Part shown: positions 41,702 to 52,017 of the stretch, in pieces
Numbering within the stretch: position 1 is the stretch's first letter
Layout: every line of letters begins with the position of its first letter
Source of the DNA: an uncultured Gemmatimonadales bacterium
GTDB lineage: Bacteria; Gemmatimonadota; Gemmatimonadetes; Gemmatimonadales; Gemmatimonadaceae
DNA: 64,000 nt
NCBI GenBank assembly: GCA_963793305.1
Contig: CAWBZV010000012.1
Coordinates: 96,001-160,000 of the forward strand
Direction of reading: 5' to 3'
Position numbers and translations under genes: made by a program
Notes under the pieces: generated by a model
What the model saw: only the letters and a program-made list of their open reading frames with translations
Databases searched by the model: none
Told to the model about the DNA's origin: nothing

Positions 41702-43777
41702 CAGTGACGTTTCCGGTCTCCGGGATGACGTGCGCGGCCTGCTCGGCGCGCGTCGAGCGCGCGCTCGTGCGCGAGCACGGCGTCGATACGGCCCACGTCA
41801 ATCTGCTCCTGGAGAACGCGACCGTCGAGTACGACCCCGCGAGCACGGACCCGAAGCGATTGCTCGACGCCGTCCGGAAGACCGGCTACGGCGCCGCGCT
41901 GCCGGTCGACGACCAGGCGGCGGTCACGCGCAAGGCCGCCGTCAGCCTTGTGCTTGCGGCGGCCGCCATGCTGATCCATTGGCGCCCCGGCTTACTGGCG
42001 ATGGCGCTCATTACCATGCTCTGGGCCGGACGCGACATCTACGTGCGCGCCTGGGGCGCGGCACGGCATGGATCAGCGGACATGAACACGCTGATCGCCA
42101 TCGGGACCGGCGCGGCCTTGTTGTATTCGCTGTTTGGCCCCGAGGTGTACTACGAGGCCGTCATCGTCATCATCGCGTTCGTGCTCACGGGGAACGCCAT
42201 CGAGGCGCGGGCGAAAGCACGGACGACCTCGGCCCTCCGGGCACTGGCCGACCTGGCGCCGAAGACCGCCCGCATCCTCCGCGGCGCGGAGGCGGTCGAT
42301 GTGCCCATCGACGAGGTACGCTCCGGGGATATCATCCTCGTTCGGCCCGGTGAGCGAATGCCGGTCGATGGCGAGATCGTGAGCGGGCAGACCGCGGTCG
42401 ACGAGTCGATGATGACGGGTGAGTCGATCCCGGTGTCGAAAGCAACCGGCGATCGTGTCATCGGCGGTACGGTGAACGGCACGGGAGCCGTCCGGTACCG
42501 GGCGTCAACACTGGGCACCGACAGCGTGCTCGCGCGCATCATTGCGCTCGTCAAGTCCGCGCAGGCGAGCCGCGCACCCATGCAGCGGCTGGCCGATCGC
42601 GTCAGCGCCATCTTCGTGCCGACCGTCATCGGCATCGCGCTGGTCACGTTCATCATCTGGGCGTTGGTCGGCCCAATGACCCACGCATTGACGGCGGCCG
42701 TCGCCGTCTTGATCATCGCCTGTCCCTGCGCCATGGGGCTCGCGGTGCCGGCGGCCATGATGGTCTCGACCGGGCGCGGCGCCGAGCTCGGCGTGCTAAT
42801 CAAAGGCGGCGAGGCGCTTCAGCGCGCGGCGGACGTTCGACACGGTGGTCTTCGACAAGACCGGGACGATTACGGCCGGCCAGATCACCGTCACCGACAT
42901 CATCGGCCTCGATGCCACATCGCTCGCCCTCGCTGCCTCTCTCGAGTCAGCGAGCGAGCATCCATTGGCAGCCGCGATCGTTCAGCATAGCGCTACGCTC
43001 AATGGCGCCGGGCTTCGCCTCGGCATACCAACCGAGTTCGCTTCACGCACCGGTCGCGGCGTGATCGGGAACGTTGACGGCCATCTCGTCGCGGTCGGCA
43101 ACGCGGCGATGATGGCCGAATACGCCGGACATGAGGACGATAGCGCGTTCGCGCGAAGCGCGGCGCGCTATGCGGCCGAGGGAAAGACCGTGGTGTATGT
43201 CGCGATCGATGGCGCGATGGCCGGCCTGATCGCGGTTACCGACCCGGTGAAGTCGACGGCGAAAGAAGCCGTGGCGGAGTTACGGGGGCTCGGGGCTGAG
43301 GTCGTGTTATTGACCGGAGATACCGAGTCGACCGCACGAGCCGTAGCCGGGGATGTCGGAATAGATCGGGTGATCGCCGGCGTGCTGCCAGAGGGCAAAG
43401 TGCAGGCGATCGAATCGCTGCAGGCCCAGGGCCGCATCGTCGCGATGGTGGGCGACGGAATCAACGATGCCCCGGCGCTGGCCCGCGCGGACGTTGGCGT
43501 AGCGATGGGCACCGGCACCGATGTCGCCGCCGACGCGGCGGATGTCGTGCTGATGCGCGGCGACCCGCGGGCCGTGGCGCAGGCTATACGGCTCGCCCGC
43601 GCGACCATGCGCGTGATGAAGCAGAACTTGTTCTGGGCATTCGTCTACAACGCCATCGGCATCCCCATCGCCGCGAGCGGCTTGCTCAACCCCATGCTGG
43701 CCAGCGCGGCGATGGCGGCCAGCTCGATCAGCGTGGTCTCCAACAGCCTGCGGCTCCGCCGCGTGAGGGTCGACTGA
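41695..43777 (+). CDS. copA: Cu(I)-translocating P1B-type ATPase; frameshift near 42836
   Basis: [46 protein letters not shown] and MAASS TM ligands. Confidence 0.93.
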
Positions 43778-44073
43778 TGCCACCAAAGAAGGCCGTCGCG
43801 GTATCGCCGGGCACGACCGAACGCACGCTCAAACGCCTCCGTCGGATCGAGGGCCAGGTCCGCGGGCTCCAGAAGATGGTTGCCGGGGAACGCTACTGCG
43901 CCGACATCATGACGCAGATTTCCTCGGTGCAAGAGGCACTACGCGCGGTGGGCCGCGAGCTGATGCGCAATCATCTCGAGCATTGCGCCACGACTGCGAT
44001 TCGGGGAACGCCCGATGAGGCGTCGGCCATGTACGACGAGCTCATGGACCTGATCTATACGCACAATCGTTAG
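43777..44073 (+). CDS. csoR: copper-sensing repressor
   Basis: RLRRIEGQVRGLQKM, RYCADI, HLEHC (C-H-C ligand set). Confidence 0.9.
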   Translation: MPPKKAVAVSPGTTERTLKRLRRIEGQVRGLQKMVAGERYCADIMTQISSVQEALRAVGRELMRNHLEHCATTAIRGTPDEASAMYDELMDLIYTHNR

Positions 44074-45773
44074 TGGTGTTCGTAGGCGCCAAGGATGTGG
44101 GCGCGGCTGATCAACCCAACCAACCGCCCGTCCTGCACCACCGGGATGGCCGGCGCGCCGCGGATGCCCATGCGCCGCATGGCGCTGCGCAGCGAATCGT
44201 TCGGCCCCACGGTCTCCGTGGCTTGCGCGATGTCCGCGCCACGCACGAGCATCCCCAGCGCGCTCGCGGTCGTAGCGAGCCGGCCAAGGTCCGCGATCGT
44301 CACGATGCCCACCACATGTCGCTCGGCGTCGATCACCGGAAACACGGATTGGGTGCGGTTGTCGAGGTGGCTGATGACATCCGCGAGCGGCTCCTCTTCC
44401 GCGATCACCGTGGGATCAGGGTCGTACACGTCGCGAACGGTCAGTGATTCGACGTCGTGCTCGATGGACTCGCCGCGACGGCGGAGCCACCCACTGTAGA
44501 GCGAATCCGGCTCCAGGCGCCGCGCCACGAAGTGCGTGACGACGACCGTCAACATGAGCGGCAGCACGATCGCGGGGTCATTCGTCATCTCGAACACGAG
44601 CAAGATGCCGGTGATCGGCGCATCGGTCGCGCCGGCGATCATGGCGCCCATTCCCACGACGGCGTACGCCTCCGGGTGCAGTCCCAGTGCCGGAAAGAAT
44701 TGCGCGAGGAGCACACCGACCCCACCGCCGGTCGCCGCGCCGACGTAGAGCGATGGCGTGAACACCCCGCCGGAGCCGCCTCCGTTCAACGTGATCGATG
44801 TCGCGACGATCCCGCCGGCGGCGAGCGCCAGCAGCGTGTACCACGGGAGCCGGCCGAACATTTCGACGTGCATCGCGAGGTGGCCATACCCGACGAGCAA
44901 CCCACCCGACAACCACACGAGCGCACCGACGATCACGCCGGCGATCCAGGGTACGAGCCAGAGGGGAAGGCGCCTCCGGAGGCCCTTGAACACGGCATCG
45001 GCGGCGAAGTACACCCGGACGAAGGCCACTGCGACGAGCGCCATCACCACGCCGAGGAGCGGAAAGAACACGACGACTTCGAGGGGTGATTCGTACCCAT
45101 ACTGGGTCGGGACCGGAAACGCGGGATGATTGCCGAAGACCGCGCGCGAGACGACGGCCGCCACGACGCTGGCCACGACGACGGGCGAGAACGACCCCAC
45201 ACTGAGCGAGCCGAGGATTTCCTCGAGCGCGAAGAACGCGCCGGCGAGCGGCGCATTGAACGCGGCGCTGATGGCCGCCCCGCAGGCGCACGCCACGAAC
45301 ACGCGCACGCGATCCGCGCTGAACTCGAACATCCGACCGAGCATGGAGCCGATGGCCGCGCCGAGGACCACGACGGGGCCCTCGCTCCCGGCCGAGGCGC
45401 CAGAGCCGATCGTCACCGCACTGGCCACGGTCCGCGCGATCGCGGGTCGTCCGGGCACCACGCCCCCGTGTTTCACGACAGCGATCTGCACGTCGGGCAC
45501 GTTCGCGCCGTCGTGCGACCGCCCCAGGCGCCGCATGATGTACCACGCCACGAAGAGACCGGCGCCCGTGATCAGCGGCCGATAGAGCAGCGCGCCGATC
45601 CTGGTCAGGATGCCGGCGGTCGACGAGTAGAACGCGAAGTACGACAGGTCGATCGCCCGGTAGAACGCGACGACCCCCAGCGCCGAGAGCACGCCGATGA
45701 TCACCGAGAAGCCGAGCAGGATCGTATGTTCGCTGAGCTCGCGCTTATTGAACCAGTCGACGAAACGGCGCAT
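44070..45773 (-). CDS. ClC family chloride channel/antiporter with CBS pair
   Basis: GANVP, SAGSEGP, AFNAPLAG, GGSGGVFTP, FEMT, SLYSGWL, CBS domains. Confidence 0.9.
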   Translation of the reverse strand: MRRFVDWFNKRELSEHTILLGFSVIIGVLSALGVVAFYRAIDLSYFAFYSSTAGILTRIGALLYRPLITGAGLFVAWYIMRRLGRSHDGANVPDVQIAVVKHGGVVPGRPAIARTVASAVTIGSGASAGSEGPVVVLGAAIGSMLGRMFEFSADRVRVFVACACGAAISAAFNAPLAGAFFALEEILGSLSVGSFSPVVVASVVAAVVSRAVFGNHPAFPVPTQYGYESPLEVVVFFPLLGVVMALVAVAFVRVYFAADAVFKGLRRRLPLWLVPWIAGVIVGALVWLSGGLLVGYGHLAMHVEMFGRLPWYTLLALAAGGIVATSITLNGGGSGGVFTPSLYVGAATGGGVGVLLAQFFPALGLHPEAYAVVGMGAMIAGATDAPITGILLVFEMTNDPAIVLPLMLTVVVTHFVARRLEPDSLYSGWLRRRGESIEHDVESLTVRDVYDPDPTVIAEEEPLADVISHLDNRTQSVFPVIDAERHVVGIVTIADLGRLATTASALGMLVRGADIAQATETVGPNDSLRSAMRRMGIRGAPAIPVVQDGRLVGLISRAHILGAYEHH

Positions 45774-45786
45774 TTACGGAAAATGT

Positions 45787-45798
45787 ATCGGTACCGAT
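45787..45798. promoter_or_regulatory. palindromic operator between divergent clc and marR
   Basis: Perfect 12-bp palindrome ATCGGTACCGAT in a 38-bp intergenic gap, flanked by ATGTATC repeats. Confidence 0.6.
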
Positions 45799-45811
45799 GT
45801 ATCTTCACCGC

Positions 45812-46291
45812 ATGAACCGGACGGTTGGAGCCGACGTCCGGGCGACGCTCGATGCCATCCGCCGCCTCGTGCAGGGCATCCGGTCGCCGTCCCGGCGGGA
45901 TGCGGCAGCGGCCGGGCTCACGGCGGCCGAGCTGTTCGTCCTGCACGCGTTGCGCGACGCGCCGGCCCACTCGCTGAATGAGCTCGCCTCGCGCACCTAC
46001 ACGGATCAGAGTACGGCGTCGCCGGTCGTGGAGCGGATGCGGCGCCGGGGACTCGTGCGACGCGAACGGTCGGCCGAGGACGCGCGCCGCGTCGTGATCG
46101 CGCTGACGCCGGCCGGTCGGACTGCCGTCGAGCGCGCGCCCGAGGCGCCGCAGAGCGCTATGATCGCCGCGCTGTCGCGGCTGTCCGTGCGCGACCGGCG
46201 CGCCCTGGCGCGCGGACTCACGCGGCTCGTCATGGAGATGGGCCTGAGCCACGAGAAGGCTGGCATGCTCTTCGAGGACGCGGCGGGCTAG
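45812..46291 (+). CDS. MarR family transcriptional regulator
   Basis: GLTAAELFVL, SLNELA, DQSTASPVVERM, EDARRVVIALTPAG. Confidence 0.88.
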   Translation: MNRTVGADVRATLDAIRRLVQGIRSPSRRDAAAAGLTAAELFVLHALRDAPAHSLNELASRTYTDQSTASPVVERMRRRGLVRRERSAEDARRVVIALTPAGRTAVERAPEAPQSAMIAALSRLSVRDRRALARGLTRLVMEMGLSHEKAGMLFEDAAG

Positions 46292-47655
46292 TGTATTTCC
46301 AACGTTTCTTCGAACCCAAGCTCGCCAGTGCGACCTATCTCGTCGGCTGCCAGAAGTCCGGTGAGGCCATCGTCATCGACGCCAACCGCGACATTGATCA
46401 ATACGTCGACGCCGCGGCCGCCGTCGGGCTCACCATCGCGTATACGACCGAAACCCACATTCATGCCGACTTCGTCTCCGGCACTCGCGCGCTCGCGGCC
46501 CGCACTGGAGCGCAGGTCCTCCTGCCACTGGCCGACGGTGAGCGCATCATGCTGGGGAACGTCCGACTGGACGTCGTGCACACGCCTGGTCATACGCCGG
46601 AGCACGTGATCTTTATCGTGACAGATGCTGGCGCCTCCCGGCCATGGGGCGTGCTGACGGGAGATTTTGTGTTCGTGGGCGATGTGGGCCGGCCTGATCT
46701 TCTCGAGCGAGCAGTCAAAGTTCAGGGAACAGCCGAGAGCAGCGCGCGGGACCTGTTTGCGTCATTGCAACGGTTCCGGGAGCTACCGGCTGACCTGCAG
46801 ATCTGGCCTGGACACGGCGCCGGATCAGCCTGCGGCAAAGCCCTGGGCGCGATGCCATCGACGACACTTGGCTACGAGCTCGCCACCAATTGGGCGCTCA
46901 AGGTCAGCGATGAAGCGACGTTTGTGCGCGAGGTCCTGAAGGGCCAGCCGGAGCCACCGCGCTATTTCGCGATCATGAAGCGCGTCAATCGCGTCGGAGC
47001 CGACCGCGAATCGACCGTCGCACGTCCACCGCGGATGCCCGATGCCGCGCTTGGCCCTTTGCTCGATGCGAACGCCACAATCGTCGATCTGCGCCGCGCG
47101 GATGCCTTTGCGGCCGCGCACGTCCCAGGCACGATCAACATCCCCCTCACGCGCTCGTTCCCGACGTGGGCAGGCTCGGTGCTCGCCTATGACGCCGACG
47201 TTTATCTGATCGGCGACGACGAGCGCGCGACGATCGAGGCCACGCACGACCTCTCGCTCATCGGCCTCGATCGGGTCGCCGGCCGATGGACGCGCCAGGT
47301 GATCGACCGCTGGCGCGAAGCCGGCGGGGCGATCGGCACGGTTGCGCAGGTTGACGCGCGCACGCTCGCCGACGCGCAGCGCACGGGCACCGTCGCCGTC
47401 CTCGATGTCCGGGACGAGAGCGAGTGGGACGAAGGCCATCTCGCCGAGGCGATCCACCTGCCGCTCGCGACGCTGGCATCGCGGCTCGGCGACATTCCGC
47501 GCGGCCGACCGATCGTCGTCCACTGCCAGGCTGGGTCACGCTCGGCGATCGCCGCGAGTCTCTTGACCGCGTCCGGGATTCCGGACGTGCGCAACCTGAC
47601 CGGCGGCATCGCCGCGTGGCCTGGCCCCCTAGTGCACGGCCGGAGCGATACCTGA
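46291..47655 (+). CDS. MBL-fold persulfide dioxygenase with tandem rhodanese domains (CstB-like)
   Basis: ETHIHADFVSG, TPGHTPEH, TGDFVFVGDVGRPDL, PGHGAGSACG, VHCQAGSRS. Confidence 0.9.
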   Translation: MYFQRFFEPKLASATYLVGCQKSGEAIVIDANRDIDQYVDAAAAVGLTIAYTTETHIHADFVSGTRALAARTGAQVLLPLADGERIMLGNVRLDVVHTPGHTPEHVIFIVTDAGASRPWGVLTGDFVFVGDVGRPDLLERAVKVQGTAESSARDLFASLQRFRELPADLQIWPGHGAGSACGKALGAMPSTTLGYELATNWALKVSDEATFVREVLKGQPEPPRYFAIMKRVNRVGADRESTVARPPRMPDAALGPLLDANATIVDLRRADAFAAAHVPGTINIPLTRSFPTWAGSVLAYDADVYLIGDDERATIEATHDLSLIGLDRVAGRWTRQVIDRWREAGGAIGTVAQVDARTLADAQRTGTVAVLDVRDESEWDEGHLAEAIHLPLATLASRLGDIPRGRPIVVHCQAGSRSAIAASLLTASGIPDVRNLTGGIAAWPGPLVHGRSDT

Positions 47656-48696
47656 CGCGATGAGATCGAGGACGGCGATCGCTTCGTCGTCCGAGGTCTC
47701 CGGTGCGTCGAGGGACGAGGTCGCGACGACGACGAGTTGTTGATCAGGGACGATATAGATGTATTGCCCCCGGAATCCCCAGGCCAACCATACCGTGTGA
47801 CCCTGGACGTTCGTCAGCCACCACAGATAACCATAGTTCAGGCCAGTGACCACTCCGTACTGGTTCTCGATCGCCTGGTGCACTTTGAGCGACGTGTTGA
47901 GCCAATCGGACGGGACAATTTGCGCTCCCGCGGTCTGGCCATTCTGAAGCACGAGCTGGCCGATCTTCGCCAAGTCTCGCGTGCGGAGTTGGAGCCCAGC
48001 GGCGGCGTTATTGTAGCCGCGGTTGTCCGTCTCCCACGCCAGCGTGTTGATGCCGAGCGGCCCCAATAGGTGCGTGAGCGCGTACTCCTGCTCGGTTACG
48101 CCAGTGGCTACACTCAGCCCCACGCCGAGCAAATGGACCGCAGCCGAGTTGTACGTGTATGTCGTGCCTGGCGTGTTCACAATCGGCCGACCCAGGAGAT
48201 AGTCGATCTGGTCCGGCGCGAGCGCCCAGAGGTTATAGTCGTTGGCGGTCCATTCATTCCACTGCCACCCACCGGTCATGGTCAGCAAGTTGTCGACCGT
48301 AATCGCGGCCTCGTCGGATCGCATCGTCGCGATGCGTGGCGGAACGAGTTGGTCGAGGCGCTCGGATACGCCGGGAAGGTCACCACGATTGATCGCGATG
48401 CCAACGAGCATTGATGTGATGCTCTTCGTGACCGAGCGAACGTCGCTCAGGCTATCCACCGTCACTGGCGAGTGATAGTACTCGGCGATCAGAAAACCGT
48501 TTCTCGCCACGAGCAGCGTGCGAAGACCGAGGGTGTTCGGCGCCTGCGCGAAGGCGCCGGCTAGCGCGGCGCTGTCGATGTGCTGGGATGAGGCGGAAGC
48601 GGTACGCCAGCCGCCCGTGAGATCGATGGGCGCGGGGCGCGGCGCCGTTGCGTCGCTACAGGCGCCGAGCAGTGCGACGAACGCGCAGGGAGACAC
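47629..48696 (-). CDS. serine hydrolase, beta-lactamase class C/NylB-like lipoprotein; start uncertain (48696 or 48741)
   Basis: LGAC lipobox, RSVTKS (SxxK), LLTMTGG, YTYNS, YGYLWW, AWGFRGQ. Confidence 0.88.
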   Translation of the reverse strand: MSPCAFVALLGACSDATAPRPAPIDLTGGWRTASASSQHIDSAALAGAFAQAPNTLGLRTLLVARNGFLIAEYYHSPVTVDSLSDVRSVTKSITSMLVGIAINRGDLPGVSERLDQLVPPRIATMRSDEAAITVDNLLTMTGGWQWNEWTANDYNLWALAPDQIDYLLGRPIVNTPGTTYTYNSAAVHLLGVGLSVATGVTEQEYALTHLLGPLGINTLAWETDNRGYNNAAAGLQLRTRDLAKIGQLVLQNGQTAGAQIVPSDWLNTSLKVHQAIENQYGVVTGLNYGYLWWLTNVQGHTVWLAWGFRGQYIYIVPDQQLVVVATSSLDAPETSDDEAIAVLDLIASGIAPAVH

Positions 48697-51457
48697 CCAG
48701 CACGATCGCAACGACCAGGATGACGAGCGAGATGGAGACATGGCGCGCTCTCGGAGGTATTGCGGCGATTCGAACGGTCGGATCGCCGACCACGGTGAAC
48801 GCTGCCCACTCGCTCGGCCGCGCGCCAGAGGCCCGGCGCTCGAGTTTGGCGGCGTGGAGTGCATCGGCCACCGGGAGCCCACGGGCGAGGCCTGAATAGA
48901 ACGCCCGGATGAACGGCACGGTCGTCTCGTCCCTGATGCGCCATTCGGTGGCGATCACGCTTCTGGCGCCGGCTTCCAGAAAAGGCGCGGTAAGCCCCTG
49001 CACGCCCTCGCCATCGACCACGACGCCGCCGGCCGAACGACAGGCCGAGAGCACGATCAGGTCCGCGTGGAGTCGGAGGTCCGCGACATCGGACGGCGTC
49101 ACGATGCCAGACTCGCCGCCGCCCGGCGAGAGCACGAGCGCGGTCCGATCGGCGCTCCGGTCATCCACAATCGCGTGCGTCGCGAAATGCAACACGGTGA
49201 ACGAGTCGAGTGGCGTGTGCTCCAGATAGGCAGCGCTCGCCGAGTCGCCGAGGCGCACGGTGGCGATCCTCGCGAAGCTCGCGGCCATTCGCGCCTCCTG
49301 GCCCGACTCGCGAAGCCGTGGCAAGCCGGTCGCGACAACCGCCGAACGGTACACGGCTGCTGCACTCGAATGTGAGAACGCGGGATCACCGAACGCGAGG
49401 ACTCGCAGGGCGCGGCTCGCCTCGGACCTCCGTCGGAGAGCCAAGAGTACGCCCGCCGAGGGAACGACACTGACAATCGCGCGTTCGACAAGCACATGGC
49501 CGTCAGTGCCGATCAACGCATCGAACGGGAGCCGGTGCAATGGACCATCTGGCACGATGATGATTCGCGGCGCCGCGACGTGGATCAACTCGGCGCCGAG
49601 CGCTCGGGCCAGGTCGCGCGGATCCTGGCCTGCTTCCAGCAGCGCGACAAACCTGGCGATGGGCGCGGCGAGCGAATCTGCGCTTGGGGCGCCGTAAGCC
49701 CGAATGGTGTCCCTGCTTACGACAAATACCGTAGTCGGCGCGCCCCGGGCTCCAGTCACGAACTCGACGAGAACCGTATTCGAATCCAAGAGGGCCGCCA
49801 CCTTGTCGAGGGTAACGCTGTACGCGGTCGCCGCAGGCGCCGCGTGATTCGCGCCCAGTGCCGACAGCTCTTCGATGCGATCGGCCAGGTCGCGGGCCCG
49901 CCGGCGTTCGGCCAGCGCAAATGCCGACGGTGCCATGCCGCCCAGCGCCAACGCGTGGATGACCGTCGCAATGTGCATGTCGCGATCATTCACCTCCTGC
50001 GGCCCGGCCTGAAACACGAGCAGCCGGAGATCGCGATCCGTCAGCGTCGCTCGCCACGCGACGATCTCGTCCTCCGCCGCCGCGAGCTCGCGCTCGGCGT
50101 CGCCGAGTCGGCTGGCGGCCACATAAGCTTCCGCGCGAAGCACGCGGCCCTCGTACCGCATCATGTGCTCCGACGTATCGCGCGTCGCGATATACCGGTC
50201 GAGCAACGCCACGGCCCGCGCCGGCTGACTGTCGGCGAGCGCGATCAATGCCCGCTCGCGGTCGACGCCGACCGCCCACTCCGGATGTCGGTCAGCCTTC
50301 GCCAATACCACCGCGGAATCGAGATCGCGAGTCGCTTGGGCCTTCGCGCCAGCGCGGAGATCGATCGACGCGAGCCCGCGCTCGAAGTCGAAGACTTGTG
50401 ACGTGTCGCCGAGCTTGGTATTGAATGCGGCTTCGCCCTCATAGATCGTGCGGGCCCGACGGAGATCGCCGGCGGCAGTCGCCAGGTCCCCCTCATAGGC
50501 GAGGACCGTGTGCACGTTGCCGGAGTCGCCGATCGCGCGGTATGTCGCGAGCGCGGTGTCGAGGTACGTGGCCGCCGATGGGTAGTCGTTGAGCTCGAGC
50601 GCCGCGATCCCAAGCACGGTCGACGCGCCCGCGATCACCAGGCCGTTGCCCGAGGCGAGTCCCTCGAACCGGGCGGCCACCGCCCATTTGCGCATTGTCC
50701 CGACGTCCCCGTTCTCGTGATAGATCTCGGAGTGCCGGATCATCGTCACGCCCAGCTCGGAGCGATCATGCGCGGCCCGCTGCAGCTCCTCGACGCGCTC
50801 GAGCGTGCGCTCGTTCGAGTCGGGGTCAGCGCCGATCTTGTACACGAGCGCCAACGCGCGCCACGCCCGCGCTTCGGCCCGCGGCAAGTGCGCCGCACGC
50901 GCGAGGTCTACCGCCCGCCGAGTCAGCGCTCGGGCGTCTCTGCGGCTCAGGATCGCCGCCAATGTCGCGCGGCGAAACGCGACCTCGGCTCGGAGATCCA
51001 TCTCGCCAGGGGGCAACAGTCGCTCGGCCGAGTCCAAGAGCGTAAAGCCGACCGGGATTCCCTCGGCCGCCGCACGCATCATCGAGAGGCCAACGAGCGC
51101 CTCGGCTTTCGCTAGCGGATCATGCGCCGCGCCGCGCTCCGCGCGCGCGAACGCCGACTCGGCTACCGGTACGATGTCGCGGTCTACCCCCTCCCAGCCG
51201 CGCCCAAGATCGGCGTACACTCCGCCAAGCGCCGCGTAGAGGCTATCGGCCAGGGCATAGTGGTACGTCAGGCGAGCGATCGTCGCGAGCCCAAGCGTAG
51301 CGGCGGGGCCTTGCCAGCGAGCCGCAACCTGGGACGCGCTGTCCCCTTCGACAGCCTGAACGGCAGCGCGGACGACGCCGCGCGGGTCGGCGAGCTGGAC
51401 GAGCAGAGCCAGGCAAGCGGTCACCGCCATGAGCGCTAACGTAATGCGCCCTATCAC
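48656..51457 (-). CDS. TPR-CHAT (caspase-like clan CD) protease with signal peptide and C-terminal TM anchor
   Basis: Helical repeat N-terminal region, IVPDGPLHRLPFDAL, LHFATHA (His), VLSACRS (Cys), GEGVQGL, WAAFTVVG, then ISLVILVVAIVLGVSLRVRR. Confidence 0.9.
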   Translation of the reverse strand: MIGRITLALMAVTACLALLVQLADPRGVVRAAVQAVEGDSASQVAARWQGPAATLGLATIARLTYHYALADSLYAALGGVYADLGRGWEGVDRDIVPVAESAFARAERGAAHDPLAKAEALVGLSMMRAAAEGIPVGFTLLDSAERLLPPGEMDLRAEVAFRRATLAAILSRRDARALTRRAVDLARAAHLPRAEARAWRALALVYKIGADPDSNERTLERVEELQRAAHDRSELGVTMIRHSEIYHENGDVGTMRKWAVAARFEGLASGNGLVIAGASTVLGIAALELNDYPSAATYLDTALATYRAIGDSGNVHTVLAYEGDLATAAGDLRRARTIYEGEAAFNTKLGDTSQVFDFERGLASIDLRAGAKAQATRDLDSAVVLAKADRHPEWAVGVDRERALIALADSQPARAVALLDRYIATRDTSEHMMRYEGRVLRAEAYVAASRLGDAERELAAAEDEIVAWRATLTDRDLRLLVFQAGPQEVNDRDMHIATVIHALALGGMAPSAFALAERRRARDLADRIEELSALGANHAAPAATAYSVTLDKVAALLDSNTVLVEFVTGARGAPTTVFVVSRDTIRAYGAPSADSLAAPIARFVALLEAGQDPRDLARALGAELIHVAAPRIIIVPDGPLHRLPFDALIGTDGHVLVERAIVSVVPSAGVLLALRRRSEASRALRVLAFGDPAFSHSSAAAVYRSAVVATGLPRLRESGQEARMAASFARIATVRLGDSASAAYLEHTPLDSFTVLHFATHAIVDDRSADRTALVLSPGGGESGIVTPSDVADLRLHADLIVLSACRSAGGVVVDGEGVQGLTAPFLEAGARSVIATEWRIRDETTVPFIRAFYSGLARGLPVADALHAAKLERRASGARPSEWAAFTVVGDPTVRIAAIPPRARHVSISLVILVVAIVLGVSLRVRRTARRL

Positions 51458-51492
51458 CCATACGCCCCTACCACTTGTATACTGCTATTCAC

Positions 51493-52017
51493 GTGGCCGA
51501 TCCTCTCTCGCGGGCGCTCGACGACGTGGTGTCACGTGCCGCCGCCGCTGTTCGGCAAGCGGGGTGGCGGTTCGGTCTCTCTCCGGATGAGGTCGACGAG
51601 GTCTTTCAGGACGTCCGCATCCGCCTCTGGAACGCCCGAGGCAGTGAGCAGATTTCCGAGACCAGCACGTCGTATGTGTACAAGACAGCGGCAAGCGCGG
51701 CGCTGGATTTGATACGCAGGCGTCGCGGAGGACTGCCGACGGATTCCCTCGACGTGGTGGATGCGCCCGCTCCGGCGCATGATCCGGAGCAGTCGCTCGC
51801 GGCGATGGAGTTGGGACGTGCCGTCAATGCCGCGGTCGACACCATCCCGGTGACCCGCCGCCCGGTGGTGCGCATGTATCTGATGGGCTACCCGCGGGAG
51901 GAGATCGCTGCGCTTATGGGATGGACCGAGGCCAAAACACGCAATCTTCTCTATCGCGGCCTGGCCGACCTGCGCCAAGCCCTGACCGCCCGCGGCATTG
52001 GGCCGCGTACCGCATGA
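51493..52017 (+). CDS. ECF RNA polymerase sigma factor
   Basis: DEVFQDVRIRLW, YVYKTAASAALDLIRR, GYPREEIAALMGWTEAKTRNLLYRG. Confidence 0.9.
   Translation: MADPLSRALDDVVSRAAAAVRQAGWRFGLSPDEVDEVFQDVRIRLWNARGSEQISETSTSYVYKTAASAALDLIRRRRGGLPTDSLDVVDAPAPAHDPEQSLAAMELGRAVNAAVDTIPVTRRPVVRMYLMGYPREEIAALMGWTEAKTRNLLYRGLADLRQALTARGIGPRTA

Noticed and set aside
48656..51457. Type III-E CRISPR (Craspase) locus
   Set aside because: No Cas7-11, cas genes or repeat array in the window, and the CHAT appears exported
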